Below, piece after piece: positions 37,436 through 49,282 of a stretch of DNA of 64,000 nucleotides. The position numbers and the translations under genes are program-made. Source of the stretch: Heptranchias perlo (Eukaryota). The stretch's first letter is position 1. Each line of letters starts with the position of its first letter. Under the pieces are notes generated by a model. It saw only the letters and a program-made list of their open reading frames with translations, was not told the origin of the DNA and did not search any database. Location of the stretch: contig NC_090340.1 in the NCBI RefSeq assembly GCF_035084215.1, forward strand, positions 13,392,001 to 13,456,000. The letters are read 5' to 3'.

Positions 37436-38139
37436 CCAGTGTGACATTCCTGTTTGCCCACACCAGCCATCCTTGTGTCCCCAGTTCAGTGCTAAACTGT
37501 GGCTATTTGAGACATGGATCTGCACTTCAAACCGCTGGGTTCAAACTTAATTCAAATATAGAACCCTTACAGACACCGGAGGAAGGAGATTTTCCGCAGC
37601 AGATTCAAACATAGAATCGAGAGGTGAAAGGATAGTGTGTGAATCAGCTACAGTGTCCAATCCCTCAATTAAATCAAATACCACAAATATCATCTGAAAG
37701 GCATTGGACTAAAAGTGTCTGGAGTGGGACTTGAACCCACGACCTTCTGACTCGGAGGCGAGAGTGTTACCAACTGAGCCACGGCTACCACTTAAAACTT
37801 GAACTTGAAGCTGCTGCTCTTTGGTCAAGTAAAGTGCCTAGGAATTACACATTGAAATACGGCTAACTGCTGAGAAGTCCAAAGATTTTAATGGTGTATA
37901 AGGACCTGAGACTTTTCATAGTTAATGCTTTGAACTGATTGCAATAGACACAGAGACAGGAAGTTGCTCCTTAGGTAGGTATGTTCACCTAATTTCAGGA
38001 GAGACCATTGGGATCAGGCAGCTCCTCCCATTCCCAGAAATTTATTTCAAAGACCTGCAAAGAAAACCATTCAAAGGAAATGAACTGACTGGCTTGTCTA
38101 TTTAACTCCTTCATGAACTAGTTCTAAGGTACTGTCGTA

Positions 38140-39028
38140 TTCATAGAATTTACAGCACAGAAATAGGCCGTTTGGCCCAACTGGTCTATGCTCCACATGA
38201 GCCTCCTCCCACCTTACTTCATCTCACCCTATCAGCATAACATAAGAAATAGGAGCAGGAGTAGGCCATACGACCCCTCGAGCCTGCTCCGACATTCAAT
38301 AAGATCATTACTGATCTTTGAACTCAACTCCACTTTCCCGCCCAATCCCCATATCCCTTGATTCTCTTAGTGTCCAAAATCTATCTCTCTCAGTCTTGAA
38401 TATACTCAATGACTCAGCATCCACAGTCCTCTGGGGTAGAGAATTCCAAAGATTCACAACCCTCTGAGTGAAGAAATTCCTCCTCATCTCAGTCCTAAAT
38501 GGCCGACCCCTTATCCTGAGACTATGCCCTCTACTTCTAAACTCTCCAGCCAGGGGAAACAATCTCTCAGCATCTACCCTGTCAAGTCCTCTCAGAATCT
38601 TATATGTTTCAATTCTTATCTCTGGTTACAATCAATCTGGTTTAATCATTGCAATAAAATGTGGTGAAGTTTGCCTCTCATTCTTCTGAACTCCAGAGAG
38701 TATAGGCCCATTCTACTCAATAACCTTCTATTCCTTTCTCCTTCATGTGTTTATCTTGCTTCCCCAACATTATTCGCCTCAACTACTCTTTGTGGTATCG
38801 AGTTCCACATTGTAACCATTCTCCGGGTAGAAAAGTTTCTCCTGAATTCCCTATTGGATTTATTAGTGACTAGCTTATATTTACGGCCTCTAGTTCTGAA
38901 CTCCCTCACAAGTGGTAACATCTTCTCTGCATCTACCCTATCAAACTCATTCATAATGTTAAAGGCCTCTATTAGGTCACCCCTCAGTCTTCTCTTTTCT
39001 GGAGTTAAAAGCCCCAGCCTGTTCATTC
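38140..39028 (-). mobile_element. Nested CR1 3' fragments
   Basis: RRNFFTQRVVNLWNSLP and RRLRGDLIEAF remnants, two tails. Confidence 0.85.
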
Positions 39029-39499
39029 AAACTGACTTCAACAGCTGTCTGTTACTGCTTGTTGCGGTGATGGTCAACCCATGCACAAGGCAGTTGGTAG
39101 CTTAGTAGGGTGCGACTGATCACCTCCTGAAGTGATGTGGGAGTGTAGTCCAGAGACAATAAATGGATCCACTCTTGGCCCAGGCCACGCTATCCCAGAT
39201 AACCTTGTGCACAAGGTCTCGTTTCAGTACAGAGGTGGCAAAGAGCTCACCAGTGAGAGCTGGTTTTTGCATTGGGCCTGAGAAAAAAGGATGCGGAGGA
39301 GCCCAAATCATAACAGGCACGTTGTCATTTTTAACTCAAGTCCAAAGAGCAGATAGTGTTGGGGTTCACGAGTGACTTCCACTCGTTGAGTTGCCCCTAC
39401 TGACATGTCATGCAGCGATCCAGAGAACACAGGTATGTTCTCTCCCCTCTATAATGAGTGCAGTTGCCGTCAGCTGGGGGCAGGGTATGATGGTGTCCA

Positions 39500-40500
39500 G
39501 GTGTTAGCTGTGGCTCAGAGTCAGAAGATCATGGATTCAAGTCCCACTCCAGAGACTTGAACACAATATCTAGGCTGACACTCCAGTACAGTGCAGTACT
39601 GAGGGAGTGCTGCACTGCCGTCTTTTGGATGAGACGTTAAACCGAGGCCTCGTCTGGCCTCTCAGGTGGATGTAAAAGATCCCATGGCACTATTTCAAAG
39701 GAGAGCAGAGGAGTTCTCCCTGATGTCCTGGCCAATATTTATCCCTCAACCAACACCTAAAACAGATTATCTACAATAATGTGTGCAGTTTTGGTCTCCT
39801 TATTTAAGAAAGGACATAATTGCTTTAGAGGCAGTTCAGAGAATGTTCACTCGACTGATTCCTGGGATGAGGGGGTTATCTTATGAGGAAAGGTTGGATA
39901 AGTTGAGCCTGTATACACTGGAGTTTAGAAGAATGAGAGGTGATCTTATTGAAACATATAAGATCCTGAGGGGACTAGAAGGGGTAGATGCTGAGAGGAT
40001 GTTTCCCCTTGTGGGAGAGACTAGTACTAGGGGACGCAGTTTAAAAATAAGGGGTCTCCCATTTAAGATGGAGATGAGGAGAAATGTTTTCTCTCAGAGG
40101 GTCGTGAGTCCCTTCCCTGTAGAGCGGTGGAGGCAGGGTCACTGAATATTTTTAAGGCTGAGTTAGATAGATTCCTGATTGACAAGGGAGTCAAAGGTTA
40201 TAGTAGGTAGACGGGAAAGTAGGGTTGAGGTCACAATCAGATCAGCCATGATCTTATCAAATGGCAGAGCAGGCTCGAGGGGCCGAATGGCCTACTCCTG
40301 CTCTTAATTCATATGTTCGTATGCTCTTAATTCGTATCTGGTCATTATCTCATTGTTGTTTGTGGGATCTTGCTGTGTGCAAATTGGCTGCTGCGTTTCC
40401 TACATTAACACCGTGACTACACTTCAAAAAGTCCTTCACTGGGGGTAAAGCACTTTGGGACCTCCTGAGGCCGCGAAAGGTGCTATATAAATGCAAGTCT
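39500..40500 (+). mobile_element. Deu-SINE with a CR1 3' fragment (about 39775-40335) inserted
   Basis: SINE body breaks at 'acagattatct' and resumes 'tatctggtcatt'; the insert encodes VQFWSPYLRKD...RRMRGDLIETY. Confidence 0.85.
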
Positions 40501-40563
40501 TTTTCTTTCAAAGTCCTTCAGGCACTGAGTGTACCTTTGTGCAGCACCAAGCTCCCTACTCAC

Positions 40564-40733
40564 TCGTTGCCATTCTCCACGATGCGGACCAGCACAGCGA
40601 TCCCGTCCTTACTGATGAACTCCTGGGCGAAGGTGATATCCTTGGAGAGGACGGCCAGTCCCTTCAGCGAGTCAAAACGTACATCGTAGTTACCGCTCTG
40701 CATCCCGTTGTAGAGGTTCTCAGCCTCTCGACT
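40564..40733 (-). CDS. ELMO3: ELMO3 coding exon 5
   Basis: 170 nt; SREAENLYNGMQSGNYDVRFDSLKGLAVLSKDITFAQEFISKDGIAVLVRIVENGN. Confidence 0.95.
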
Positions 40734-40904
40734 CTGGCACAGGAAGAGAAACAGATGAAGAGTTGACTGAGCAACTTTCACGATTGAAGGAGGCACCCTT
40801 GAAAAAAACACTGGGGATTGCAGACTCTTTTACAGGGAGCAGGATTCGGGTTGTATTTAAATGGACGCCCAGATGTGCCCATGCAGACTACTGGCTGTAG
40901 TCCT

Positions 40905-41335
40905 GATCACCCATCACCCCTGCGATCGCTGACCTACATTGGCTCCCGGTCTGGCAACGCCTCGATTTTAAAATTCTCATCCTTGTGTTCAAATCCCTCC
41001 AGGGCCTCACCCCTCCCTATCTCTGTAACCTCCTCCAGACCTCCGAGATCTCCGCGCTCCTCCAATTCTGGCCTCTTGTGCATCCCTGATTTTCTTTGCT
41101 CCATCATTCAGCTGCCTCGGCCCTATGCTCCGGAATTCCCTCCGTAAACCTCTCCGCCTCTCTCTCCTCCTGTAAGATGCTCCTTAAAACCTACTTCTTT
41201 GGCCAAGCTTTTGGTTACCTGTCCTAATATCTCCTTACGTGGCTCGGTGTCAAATTTTGTTTGATAATGTTCCTGTGAGGCACCTTGGGACGGTTTACCA
41301 CATTAAAGGCGCTATATAAATGCAAGTTGTTGTTG
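40905..41335 (+). mobile_element. L2-clade LINE 3' fragment
   Basis: PITP..ADLHWLPV..RLDFK-like remnant and tail 'aaaggcgctatataaatgcaagttgttg'. Confidence 0.8.
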
Positions 41336-41659
41336 AAATCGACGCACTTGAAACTGGCGCACTACTTGAAATTAACAAACTCCTTTCTTTTTGTTTTAAA
41401 GTGGCATCACAGTAACTCAGACACTGGAGCACAAACTCGGTCGTTTCTCACTGGAGGTTGCAACAGGTCCGTCAGGGATTTAAAAAATCTGTTACAACCA
41501 ATCGCTGTAATCCCTAAGGAATAATAATTCTCTGAGTTTGAATTTAAATATATTACCCCCCGGGTACCTTGCCCACCTGCCCATTACTCACGGATGAGCA
41601 TAGACACTGAGCCGCAGTCGAGCCTGATCTCAACCCCCACTCCTTGATGCTTCAGTCCT

Positions 41660-42476
41660 CAGCTGTGGCCCAGTTGGTAACACTCTTGCCTCTCGCGTCA
41701 GAAGGTTGTGGGTTCAAGCCCCACTCCAGAGACTTGAGCACAAATCCAGATTGATACTCCCAGGGCAGTACTGAGGGAGTGCTGCACTGTCGGAGGTGCC
41801 GTCTTTCAGATGAGAATAAGGGGCTGCTCTTTCAAAACTGAGATGAGGAGAAACTTCTTCACTCAGAGGGTGGTAGGTCTGTGGAATTTGCTGCCCCAGG
41901 AAGCTGTGGAAGCTACATCATTAAATAAATTTAAAACAGAAATAGACAGTTTCCTAGAAGTAAAGGGAATTAGGGGTTATGGGGAGCGGGCAGGAAATTG
42001 GACATGAAGCCGAGTTCAGATCGGTCAAGGGGCTGAGTGGCCGGGTCCTGCTCCTACTTCTTGTGTTCTTTAGATTTGAGGTCAGGATCAGATCAGCCAT
42101 GATCTTATTGAATGGCGGAGCAGGCTCGAGGGGCCGATTGGCCTACTCCTGCTCCTATTTCTTATGTTCTTATGTTCTTAAACCGAGGCCCCGTCTGCCC
42201 TCTCAGATGGACGTAAAAGATCCCATGGCACTATTTCAAGGAAGGGCAGAGGAGTTCTCCCCGGTGTCCTGGCCGATATTTATCCCTCAACCAACACCTA
42301 AAATTAGATCATCTGGTCATTACCTCATTGCTGTTTGTGGGATCTTGCTGTGCGCAGATTGGCTGCCGCGTTTTCTACATTACAACAGAGATTGCACTTA
42401 AAAAAAAACTTCATTGGCTTTAAATCACTTTGGGACATCCTGTGGTCGTGAAAGGCGCTATATAAATGCAAGTTTG
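41660..42476 (+). mobile_element. Deu-SINE with a nested CR1 3' fragment (about 41812-42178)
   Basis: SINE breaks at 'tcagatgaga' and resumes 'ttaaaccgaggcccc'. Confidence 0.85.
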
Positions 42477-42837
42477 TTCTTCCTTTCTTTTTTCGTTCCA
42501 GCTGGAGCAGGAACCTTGGCCGATTTTTCAGCCTCTGCCCGTCCCCCTGCCGACAGCGTTTAAAGTTATCAGCAGGGAGACTGAAGAAAGGGGATAAGAT
42601 GAATAAATATCGGCACAGCCAGTTCACTTCTAGCGACCTTGCTGGCTTTTCGGGAAGTCTCGGAGCAGGCCGCGGGTTTGAGTTGCAGCAGGCGCAATAT
42701 CTGCAGCCAAGCACTTAACTATGACATGGCCCCTTTAAATCAAAATGACCCTCTAATAAAACTTTGACCGCCAGATACGATTCGAAGGCTAACTCCCTTC
42801 AGTCAGCCCATGCCTCTCCCAGGTTCCTTCAGTAATA

Positions 42838-43182
42838 CATTGCCCCTTTAAACAAGTGGGGACCACAAACTGTTTTATGTTCTTAAAGCATTGCCCTGCA
42901 GGTACCTTCGCCACCTCACTCCTGCCGGTCAGTAACTGGGACGGAGGATGCCGGGGCCGTACTACACGAGAGTACGATGGAGGTGAATCTCCTCGTGGAT
43001 TTGCCCCCTCGGCCGCCCCAAATTCGGGGGGCATTCGGTGCAAACCCTGATTGATTATGTGTGTGAATGGGGTTTACGTTGCATTTACATCAAATTTAGG
43101 GCAGTGGAGGCGGAGAAGCCCTGAGGAAACAGCTTGTGGTCCCCACTTCTTCGAAAACTGATACCATTTTAAAGGGGCAATG
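42838..43182. mobile_element. Candidate MITE (345 bp) with bipartite TIRs and TA flanks
   Basis: Perfect 17-bp inverted repeat TACATTGCCCCTTTAAA (42836-42852 / 43168-43184) and inner 15-bp inverted repeat AAGTGGGGACCACAA (42854-42868 / 43134-43148). Confidence 0.65.
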
Positions 43183-43667
43183 TATATTTTGTGTATTTAT
43201 ATATAACCTTTTAGCTTATCTTTTTCAGTTATTTATTCACTTCCCTTTTAAATGCTAACGCAGATTCTGCTTCCACTATTTCCGGTCGGGTATTCCATGT
43301 CCCAACAACCCTCTTTGTAAGAAAAAAAATCTCTCTCTGTTCTTTTGGTGACAAATTTAAATTGAAGTCCTCCAGTTACAAATAAGTTCTCCAGCACCAC
43401 ATCGAAACAAGACAAAACAAATGTCTCCAAAACATTACAAATACAGCTTGCTTCAGAAACAAGCTGCCTTTTAATCATCATGTTTAAAAATCAGTTCTAA
43501 AAAGAGATTTACAGATATGGCTCACGATTGGGCAGTGGTGCAGTACCTCAGTTGGACACCGGGAGGCTCACCACAGCCTCACTGTTGCTGTCCTGAACTC
43601 TGGCCCTTGATTTGAGTTGGCGTTTGACCCCATCGTTTGACTGATTCGTACGCTGGATCAACAAAGA

Positions 43668-43890
43668 CAACAGCCTGCATTTATACAGCGCCTTTAAGGT
43701 AGTAAAACGTCCCCAGGCGCATCACAGGAGCGTTATCAGACTAAAAAAATTGACATCAAGCCAAAGGAGGAGACATTAGGGCAGGTGACCAAAAGCTTGG
43801 TCACAGAGGTAGGTTTTTAAGCAGCATCTTAAAGGAGGAGGGGAGAGGGGGAGAGGTTTAGGGAGAGAATTCCAGAGCTTAGGGCCTACA
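43668..43890 (-). mobile_element. L2 3' tail
   Basis: 'cctgcatttatacagcgcctt...gtaggtttttaagcagcatcttaaagg'. Confidence 0.75.
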
Positions 43891-44219
43891 CTGACAGGGG
43901 TGTAAACTTGATGCAAAAATTGTAACCCAGAGCCATCGAATCTCACTGCCTTGTGTTGAGGCCCCCACCCTGCAGTTTAATTCATGCCCTAATCCCTGGT
44001 TCACACGGGCCTGGTTAGTACAGGGGCAAGTCAAAGTGACACATAAACAGGAGGAGCACGTGGCATCATCACGCCAACTCACGGTAACATTCACCGCAAG
44101 TTGCCGTGGAAACCAGTGTCAGGATCCAGATCCACGGGCACCGCACACTCTGGTACAACACCATGAGACCCCAAACCAGGCTGGATATTCGTGCAATGGG
44201 AGCATCACAGCTATCCCAA

Positions 44220-44617
44220 TACACACACACACAGACAGACACGCACGCGCGCGCACACGGCCAGACGCGCGCGCGCGCACGGCCAGACACGCGCGCGCGC
44301 GCACGGCCAGACACGCGCGCGCGCGCACGGCCAGACACGCGCGCGCGCGCACACGGCCAGACACGCGCGCGCGCACACGGCCAGACACGCGCGCGCGCGC
44401 ACACAGCCAGACACGCGCCCGCCCGCACACAGCCAGACACACGCGCGCGCACACGGCCAGACACGCGCGCGCGCGCACACAGCCAGACACGCGCCCGCCC
44501 GCACACAGCCAGACACACGCCCGCCCGCACACAGCCAGACACACGCGCACACACAGCCAGACACACGCCCGCCCGCACACAGCCAGACACACGCCCGCCC
44601 GCACACAGCCAGACACT
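44220..44617. repeat. Alternating purine-pyrimidine (CA/CG) minisatellite
   Basis: GGCCAGACAC(GC)nAC units of about 22-28 bp. Confidence 0.92.
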
Positions 44618-45299
44618 GGCCTGGCCCAGCTTGGCTCACTCAGCACAAACCGTCTATTAACTAAGAAATCATTTGTACTTAGCGACCAAAATCTGATGGC
44701 CATACACACCAGCACAGGCCGAGTGCACCGATTCATTGCGTAGCTGCAGTGCGACACGTCAGACCCTGTACTGGTGGGACACGAGCCGCAGCAAGTGACC
44801 AAAGGTATTAATAGGTTTCGAGCTCTGGCGTCCAGTTAGGAAGGAACGAACCAAGCTGTAGGCAGGGGCTTCTGACAGGGAAGGAAACAGCTGGCAGGGA
44901 GAATCACCAGGCCCCCCCACCACCACACACACACACACACCGGCTACTAAGAGCCCCTCCTGCCAGCTGGAAGGGAAGGGAACAATTGGGAAAATCGGAG
45001 ATTACTCTTCAGAAAAAGCAGGAATTGCTGCAGGACCAGTCTTGCACAGTAAGAAAGCAGCTTCTTAAGATGGTGGAGTGCATAAGGCAGACACCATTTT
45101 AAGGTTGAATGACCAATGCTCCCCCCAACCCCCCAAAATCCTTGACTACAACTTGGCCTTTCCCTCCCTGACAGGACAGGCAATGCTTTAAGAAGTTTTT
45201 ATTAAGATTCCCCAGAAGCTCAGTGAAGACCAGCTGGTACGGGGCAAAAATAACGACAACTTGGTGTGTGAATCTTTGCAGATGGGATTCTGTAAGGAG

Positions 45300-45880
45300 C
45301 AGTCAACACAGCAAAGGGAGTTCCAAACTATACTTCTAAATCAGTCGAGGGTGCGGCAAAGGGAGTCATACTGAAACTGAGAATCGTGCTGAAACTGGGT
45401 TAGGATCTGGTCCCACCACAGCTGAAGCTCTGTTCACTGAGACACAGAGGGAACGTTCAATGATAACCTGCATTTATATAGCGCCTTTCATGTAGTAAAA
45501 CGTCCCAAGGCACTTCATGGGATCGTTTTCAGACATAATTTGACAACAAGCCACATAAAGAAATATTAGGACAGGTGACCAAAAGAGGTGGGTTTTAAGG
45601 AGCGTCTTAAAGGAGGAGAGAGAGATAGAGAGGTGGAGAGGTTTAGGGAGGGAAATCCAGAGCTTAGGGACTAGGCAGCTGAAGGCACGGCCGCCAATGG
45701 TGGAGCGATTAAAATCGGGGATGCGCAAGAGGCCAGAATTGGAGGAGCGCAGAGATCTCGGAGGGTTGTAGGGCTGGAGGAGGTTACAGAGATAGGGAGG
45801 GGCGAGGCCACGGAGGGATGTGTAAACAAGGATGAGAATGTTAAATTCGAGGCTTTGCCAGACGGGGTGCCAATGGGTCC
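45300..45880. mobile_element. Old CR1-like remnant (+) joined to an L2 3' fragment (-)
   Basis: L2 portion 45467-45880; the flank matches 62630-62725 and 63955-64000 in inverted orientation. Confidence 0.7.
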
Positions 45881-46540
45881 TCCAGACCAGAACAAGCCAG
45901 GTTCAACCTGCAATCTGCACCCAGTCAGTCAGTCTCAAGGGAAGGGAAGGGGGCGAGCCCACAATCGGCCTCAAAGTCCACCAGGGCTCCTGCTCCAGTG
46001 GGCACTTGCTGGAAAGCTCAGGTGCGAGAGGGCCAGGGGTTGGGCAGGACCGGATTCGGTGGTGCTGCCCCTCACAACCAAATAGCTCAGTGGCTCTCAT
46101 TGTCTGGACCCACAATGGAAGAATGCGCCGTGGGCTATCAGAGGCCAGCTGGTGCCTACAGGGCAGTAGCTTGGCATTAGGCACATACCGAGGCAACTGA
46201 GGGCTCCCTGGGACATGATGGCTCCTGAGGTGGGTGAGGGGAGGGGGGGGGGTAGGTGGGGGTGGAGAATGGAGGGGGGGTAGGGGGGTGGGATTCCATC
46301 TGCAGGGGAGCAGTGGAGATCTGAGGGATGAAGGGGAACGTTCCGGATTTTTACTCAACGATAATCTTTGGGGATCAGGACGTACGTATCTGGACAAGAC
46401 TTCCTCGCAGGAGGTGAAAAGGGCGAGATAGAGGCAGAAGGTACAGGATCGATAGGCAGGGTGGCATTTATTTGTCCTTAATGCTTTATACGCTTAGAAA
46501 GGGGGATAAACCCCCAGTGCAGCAGTGACGAGGGACTTAC

Positions 46541-46591
46541 TGGGGCTGTAGCCAATCGCAGGATACTTCCATTCTTAATTTCATGCCGATT
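46541..46591 (-). CDS. ELMO3: ELMO3 coding exon 4
   Basis: 51 nt; NRHEIKNGSILRLATAP; tgcag/gtaagt. Confidence 0.95.
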
Positions 46592-47127
46592 CTGCAACAA
46601 ATCACAAAAGACAATAAGTGATTGTCAGTGCGGTGGGGTCAGTGAGTGACACTCGCTCATTCCCCACTCCCCCGCCCCCGCATCGACCCCCATAAAACCT
46701 GGGAAATCTGCACACCGTCCACCAGCACAAACAAAGCCCCCGCTCCACCATCGCCCCAGGAGCAGGTACCAAGGAGCGGGATTGCCTGGGCTAAGCTGGA
46801 CCCAGTGGGTAATTGTGCCAGGGTTCACCGTGTGGAGCCTCCCCCCAATCCTGCACCATGGCTCCCTAGGGGGGTGCGTTCTGGTTGTCCACATAGGTGG
46901 TGCAGTGACTGCCTGACCCCGTGCTATCATCACGGTTCACCCCAGAGGCTGAATAGGCTGGACCTTCAGCCAAAGGTGCCAGGTTCACCCAGAGAGGCTC
47001 AGAGTCCAGGCCCAGGCCCAGCGTCAATCCTGCATGGGGTTTGGAGGGGGGGGGCGGGTGGAGAACAGGAGGAACATGACTCCTGACCTCAAGGGAGCTG
47101 AGTGAAGATGCAAAACCACATCCTACT

Positions 47128-47710
47128 CATAGAACGATATGGCACAGAGGGAGGCCATTCGGTCCATCGTTACTGTGCCGGCTCTTTGAAAGAGCTATCC
47201 AATTAGTCCCACTCCCCTGCTCTTTCCCCATAGCCCTGCAAATTTTTCCTTTTCAAGTATATATTCAATTCCTTTTTCAAAGTTACTATTGAATCTGCCT
47301 CCACCACCCTTTCAGGCAGTGCATTCCAGATCAGAACAACTCGCTGTGTAAAAAATGTCTCCTCACCTCCCCTCTTGCTCTTCTGCCAATTATCTTAAAT
47401 CTGTGTCCTTTGGTTACCGACCCTCCTGCCACTGGAAACAGTTTCTCCCCATCTACTCTATTGAAATCCTTCACAATTTTGAACACTTCTATCAAATCTC
47501 CTCTTAACCTTCTCTGCTCTAAGGAGAACAATCCCAGCTTCTCCACGTAACTGCAGCCCCTCATCCCTGGCACCGTTCTAGTAAATCTCCTCTGCACCCT
47601 CTCCAAGGCCTTGACATCCTTCCTAAAGTGTGGTGCCCAGAATTAGACACAATACTCCAGCTGGGGCTTAACCAGTGATTTATAAAGGTTTAGCATAACT
47701 TCCTTGCTAT
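47128..47710 (-). mobile_element. CR1 3' fragment
   Basis: LERVQRRFTR...RRLRGDLIEVFK. Confidence 0.9.
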
Positions 47711-48027
47711 AAATTCCCGATCCAGGTTAAAAACGAGGCCGAGTTACTGACTTCCTGGTCATTGCTCAGCAAATCAGTGGCTGCACTTCAGTAAGGCACA
47801 TAGACCTGTCCTCCCTGAACAAACCAAACAAAGACCTGACTAAACCCTCCATGGCTCCCTCACACCCGCTTATAAATCCTCACAACACTTAACAAGAATT
47901 GAAGATATCTCCATTATTAATAGAGAGTCCATACAACTCCCTCCTTCTGGAACATTCTGCTCACTACCGTACAGCATGCATGGCTCCTGAAGATTGCACC
48001 TGCAGAGAGAGAGTTCACTCATCACTT

Positions 48028-48803
48028 TTGACAAGTGCCAGGCAATGACCATCTCCAACAAGAGAGAGTCTAACCACCTCCCCTTGACATTCAAAGGCAT
48101 TACCATCGCCGAATTCCCCACCATCAACATCCTGGGGGTCACCATTGACCAGAAACTTAACTGGACCAGCCATATAAATACTGTGGCTACAAGAGCAGGT
48201 CAGAGGCTGGGTATTCTGCGGCGAGTGACTCATCTCCTGACTCCCCAAAGCCTTTCCATCATCTACAAGGCACAAGTCAGGAGTGTGATGGAATATTCTC
48301 CACTTGCCTGGACGAGTGCAGCTCCAACAACACTCAAGAAGCTCGACACCATCCAGGACAAAGCAGCCCACTTGATTGGCACCCCATCCACCACCCTAAA
48401 CATTCACTCCCTTCACCAGCGGCGCACCGTGGCTGCAGTGTGTACCATCCACAGAATGCACTGCAGCAACTCGCCAAGGCTTCTTCGACAGCACCTTCCA
48501 AACCCGTGACCTCTACTACCTAGAAGGACACGAGCAGCAGGTACATGGGAACAACACCACCTGCACGTTCCCCTCCAAGTCACACATCATCCCGTATTGG
48601 AAATATATCACCGTTCCTTCATCGTCGCTGGGTCAAAATCCTGGAACTCCCTTCCTAACAGCACTGTGGGAGAACCTTCACCACATGGAGTGCAGCGGTT
48701 CAAGAAGGCGGCTCACCACCACCTTCTCAAGGGCAATTAGGGATGGGCAATAAATGCTGGCCTCGCCAGCGATGCCCACATTCCATGAATGAATTAAAAA
48801 AAA
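48028..48803 (+). mobile_element. 3' fragment of the same LINE family as 16658-18910
   Basis: DKCQAMTISNKRESNHLPL...KAQVRSVMEYSPLAW, near-identical to that ORF. Confidence 0.92.
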
Positions 48804-49074
48804 CTTTCATTATATTGCTTTGCGAAGGGGATATCAAATGGGGGGAGGAGGGTTGTCACCATTTTGTTGTACTAAATGGGGGGCTGCCACCATTTTGAAG
48901 CCTTCAACATGCCATGTTCTTGTGATGAGATGACATATAAAGGATACCATGAGGCCTTCACCATGCGAGTGATGGCAGATCAACACTTGATACTAAACCC
49001 ACATTAGTAAAGTTGCACCTGTGACAATCCCACCCCCTCTTGATGTCTCCATGCAGATGTTGATGGTGACTCAC

Positions 49075-49147
49075 CGACTCTGTGATGTAAGTTTGTATTC
49101 CATCCGTGTACTGCAGAGCATACTGGTCTGGGTTATTCTTGTTCCAC
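49075..49147 (-). CDS. ELMO3: ELMO3 coding exon 3
   Basis: 73 nt; WNKNNPDQYALQYTDGIQTYITES. Confidence 0.93.
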
Positions 49148-49282
49148 CTGAATGTGAAGGAAAATGAATATTACATTTCTGGGCCCTACACCAAATCTAA
49201 TCTTTAAAGAGCCCACGGTTAATTAATTACTAACTCCTGCACCCACTATGAATCATTGCACAAATATGGCACACGGTAAAAA

